A stretch of 64,000 nt of DNA from Octopus bimaculoides. Lineage: Eukaryota. Numbering within the stretch: the stretch's first letter is position 1; every line of letters starts with the position of its first letter. The position numbers and the translations under genes are program-made. The stretch spans positions 19,276,327-19,340,326 of the forward strand of contig NC_068981.1 in assembly GCF_001194135.2 (NCBI RefSeq), written 5' to 3'. Below, piece by piece: positions 63,451-64,000 of this stretch. The notes below the pieces were generated by a model. The model searched no databases. It was not told the DNA's origin and worked only from the letters and a program-made list of their open reading frames with translations.

Positions 63451-63798
63451 GATGATTAAGTAATAGTTAGTTTAGTTAACATAGGAAATAGAGAGTGAAT
63501 GTAGGGATACTGTATTTGTAAATCCAATTTTTAGGCAGAATGGTATACATATAAGATTCCAATACCTTGTGAGTAAAATACAATTGTTTTTAAGATTGGT
63601 CGTTGCCTTTGTAAATCCATTATTAAGATTCCAATACCCTATGACTAAAATCCGACAGTCTTTGAAATTGGTCATTCCAAATACAGATGTATATATCGCT
63701 ATTTATTTGTATGTATGTGTGTGTTTCGGTATAACGTACGGTATAGCATACGGTTACATACATGCATACACACACACATACACATACATATACATATA

Positions 63799-63969
63799 GG
63801 CGCGGGCGTGACTGTGTGGTTAGAATTTTGCTTCCAAACCGCATGATTCCGCTTTCAGTCCCACTGCGTGGTACCTTGGGAAAGTGTTTTCTTCTATAGC
63901 CTCGGGCCGACCAAAGCCTTGTGAGTGGATTTAGTGGATGGAAACTGAAAGAAGCCCGTTGTATATATA

Positions 63970-64000
<31 letters not shown>
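63799..64000 (+). mobile_element. SINE family A, cut by the window end
   Basis: GGCGCGGGCGTGACTGTGTGG...TTCAGTCCCACTGCGTGGTACCTTGGGAAAGTG...GCCTCGGGCCGACCAAAGCC. Confidence 0.85.

Overview
AT-rich, repeat-saturated animal genomic DNA with about 14 N-gaps. The SINE repertoire, Dong/R4, Tx1 and RTE LINE debris and extreme microsatellite load point to a coleoid cephalopod, most likely Octopus (inference). I cannot support any host protein-coding gene. Nearly all ORFs in the track are microsatellite translations, N-gap read-throughs, SINE read-throughs or decayed transposon frames. The window contains: (i) dozens of copies of at least five tRNA-derived SINE families (CORE-like, Meta/MESC-like and V-domain-like bodies); (ii) fragments of R4/Dong elements in (TAA)n and (CATA)n microsatellites, plus Tx1/L1-like, RTE, CR1-like and other RLE-type LINEs; (iii) mariner and hAT transposase remnants and several MITEs/foldbacks; (iv) Penelope-type terminal repeats carrying hammerhead ribozyme motifs, including a ~430-bp palindrome; (v) a 3'-truncated 7SL (SRP) RNA copy. 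The most notable items are the hammerhead palindrome, the 7SL copy, the (CATA)n-associated Dong-like family, and an internally deleted Tx1-like element whose 3' end resembles the tail of the commonest SINE. Family names come from remembered motifs, not database searches.
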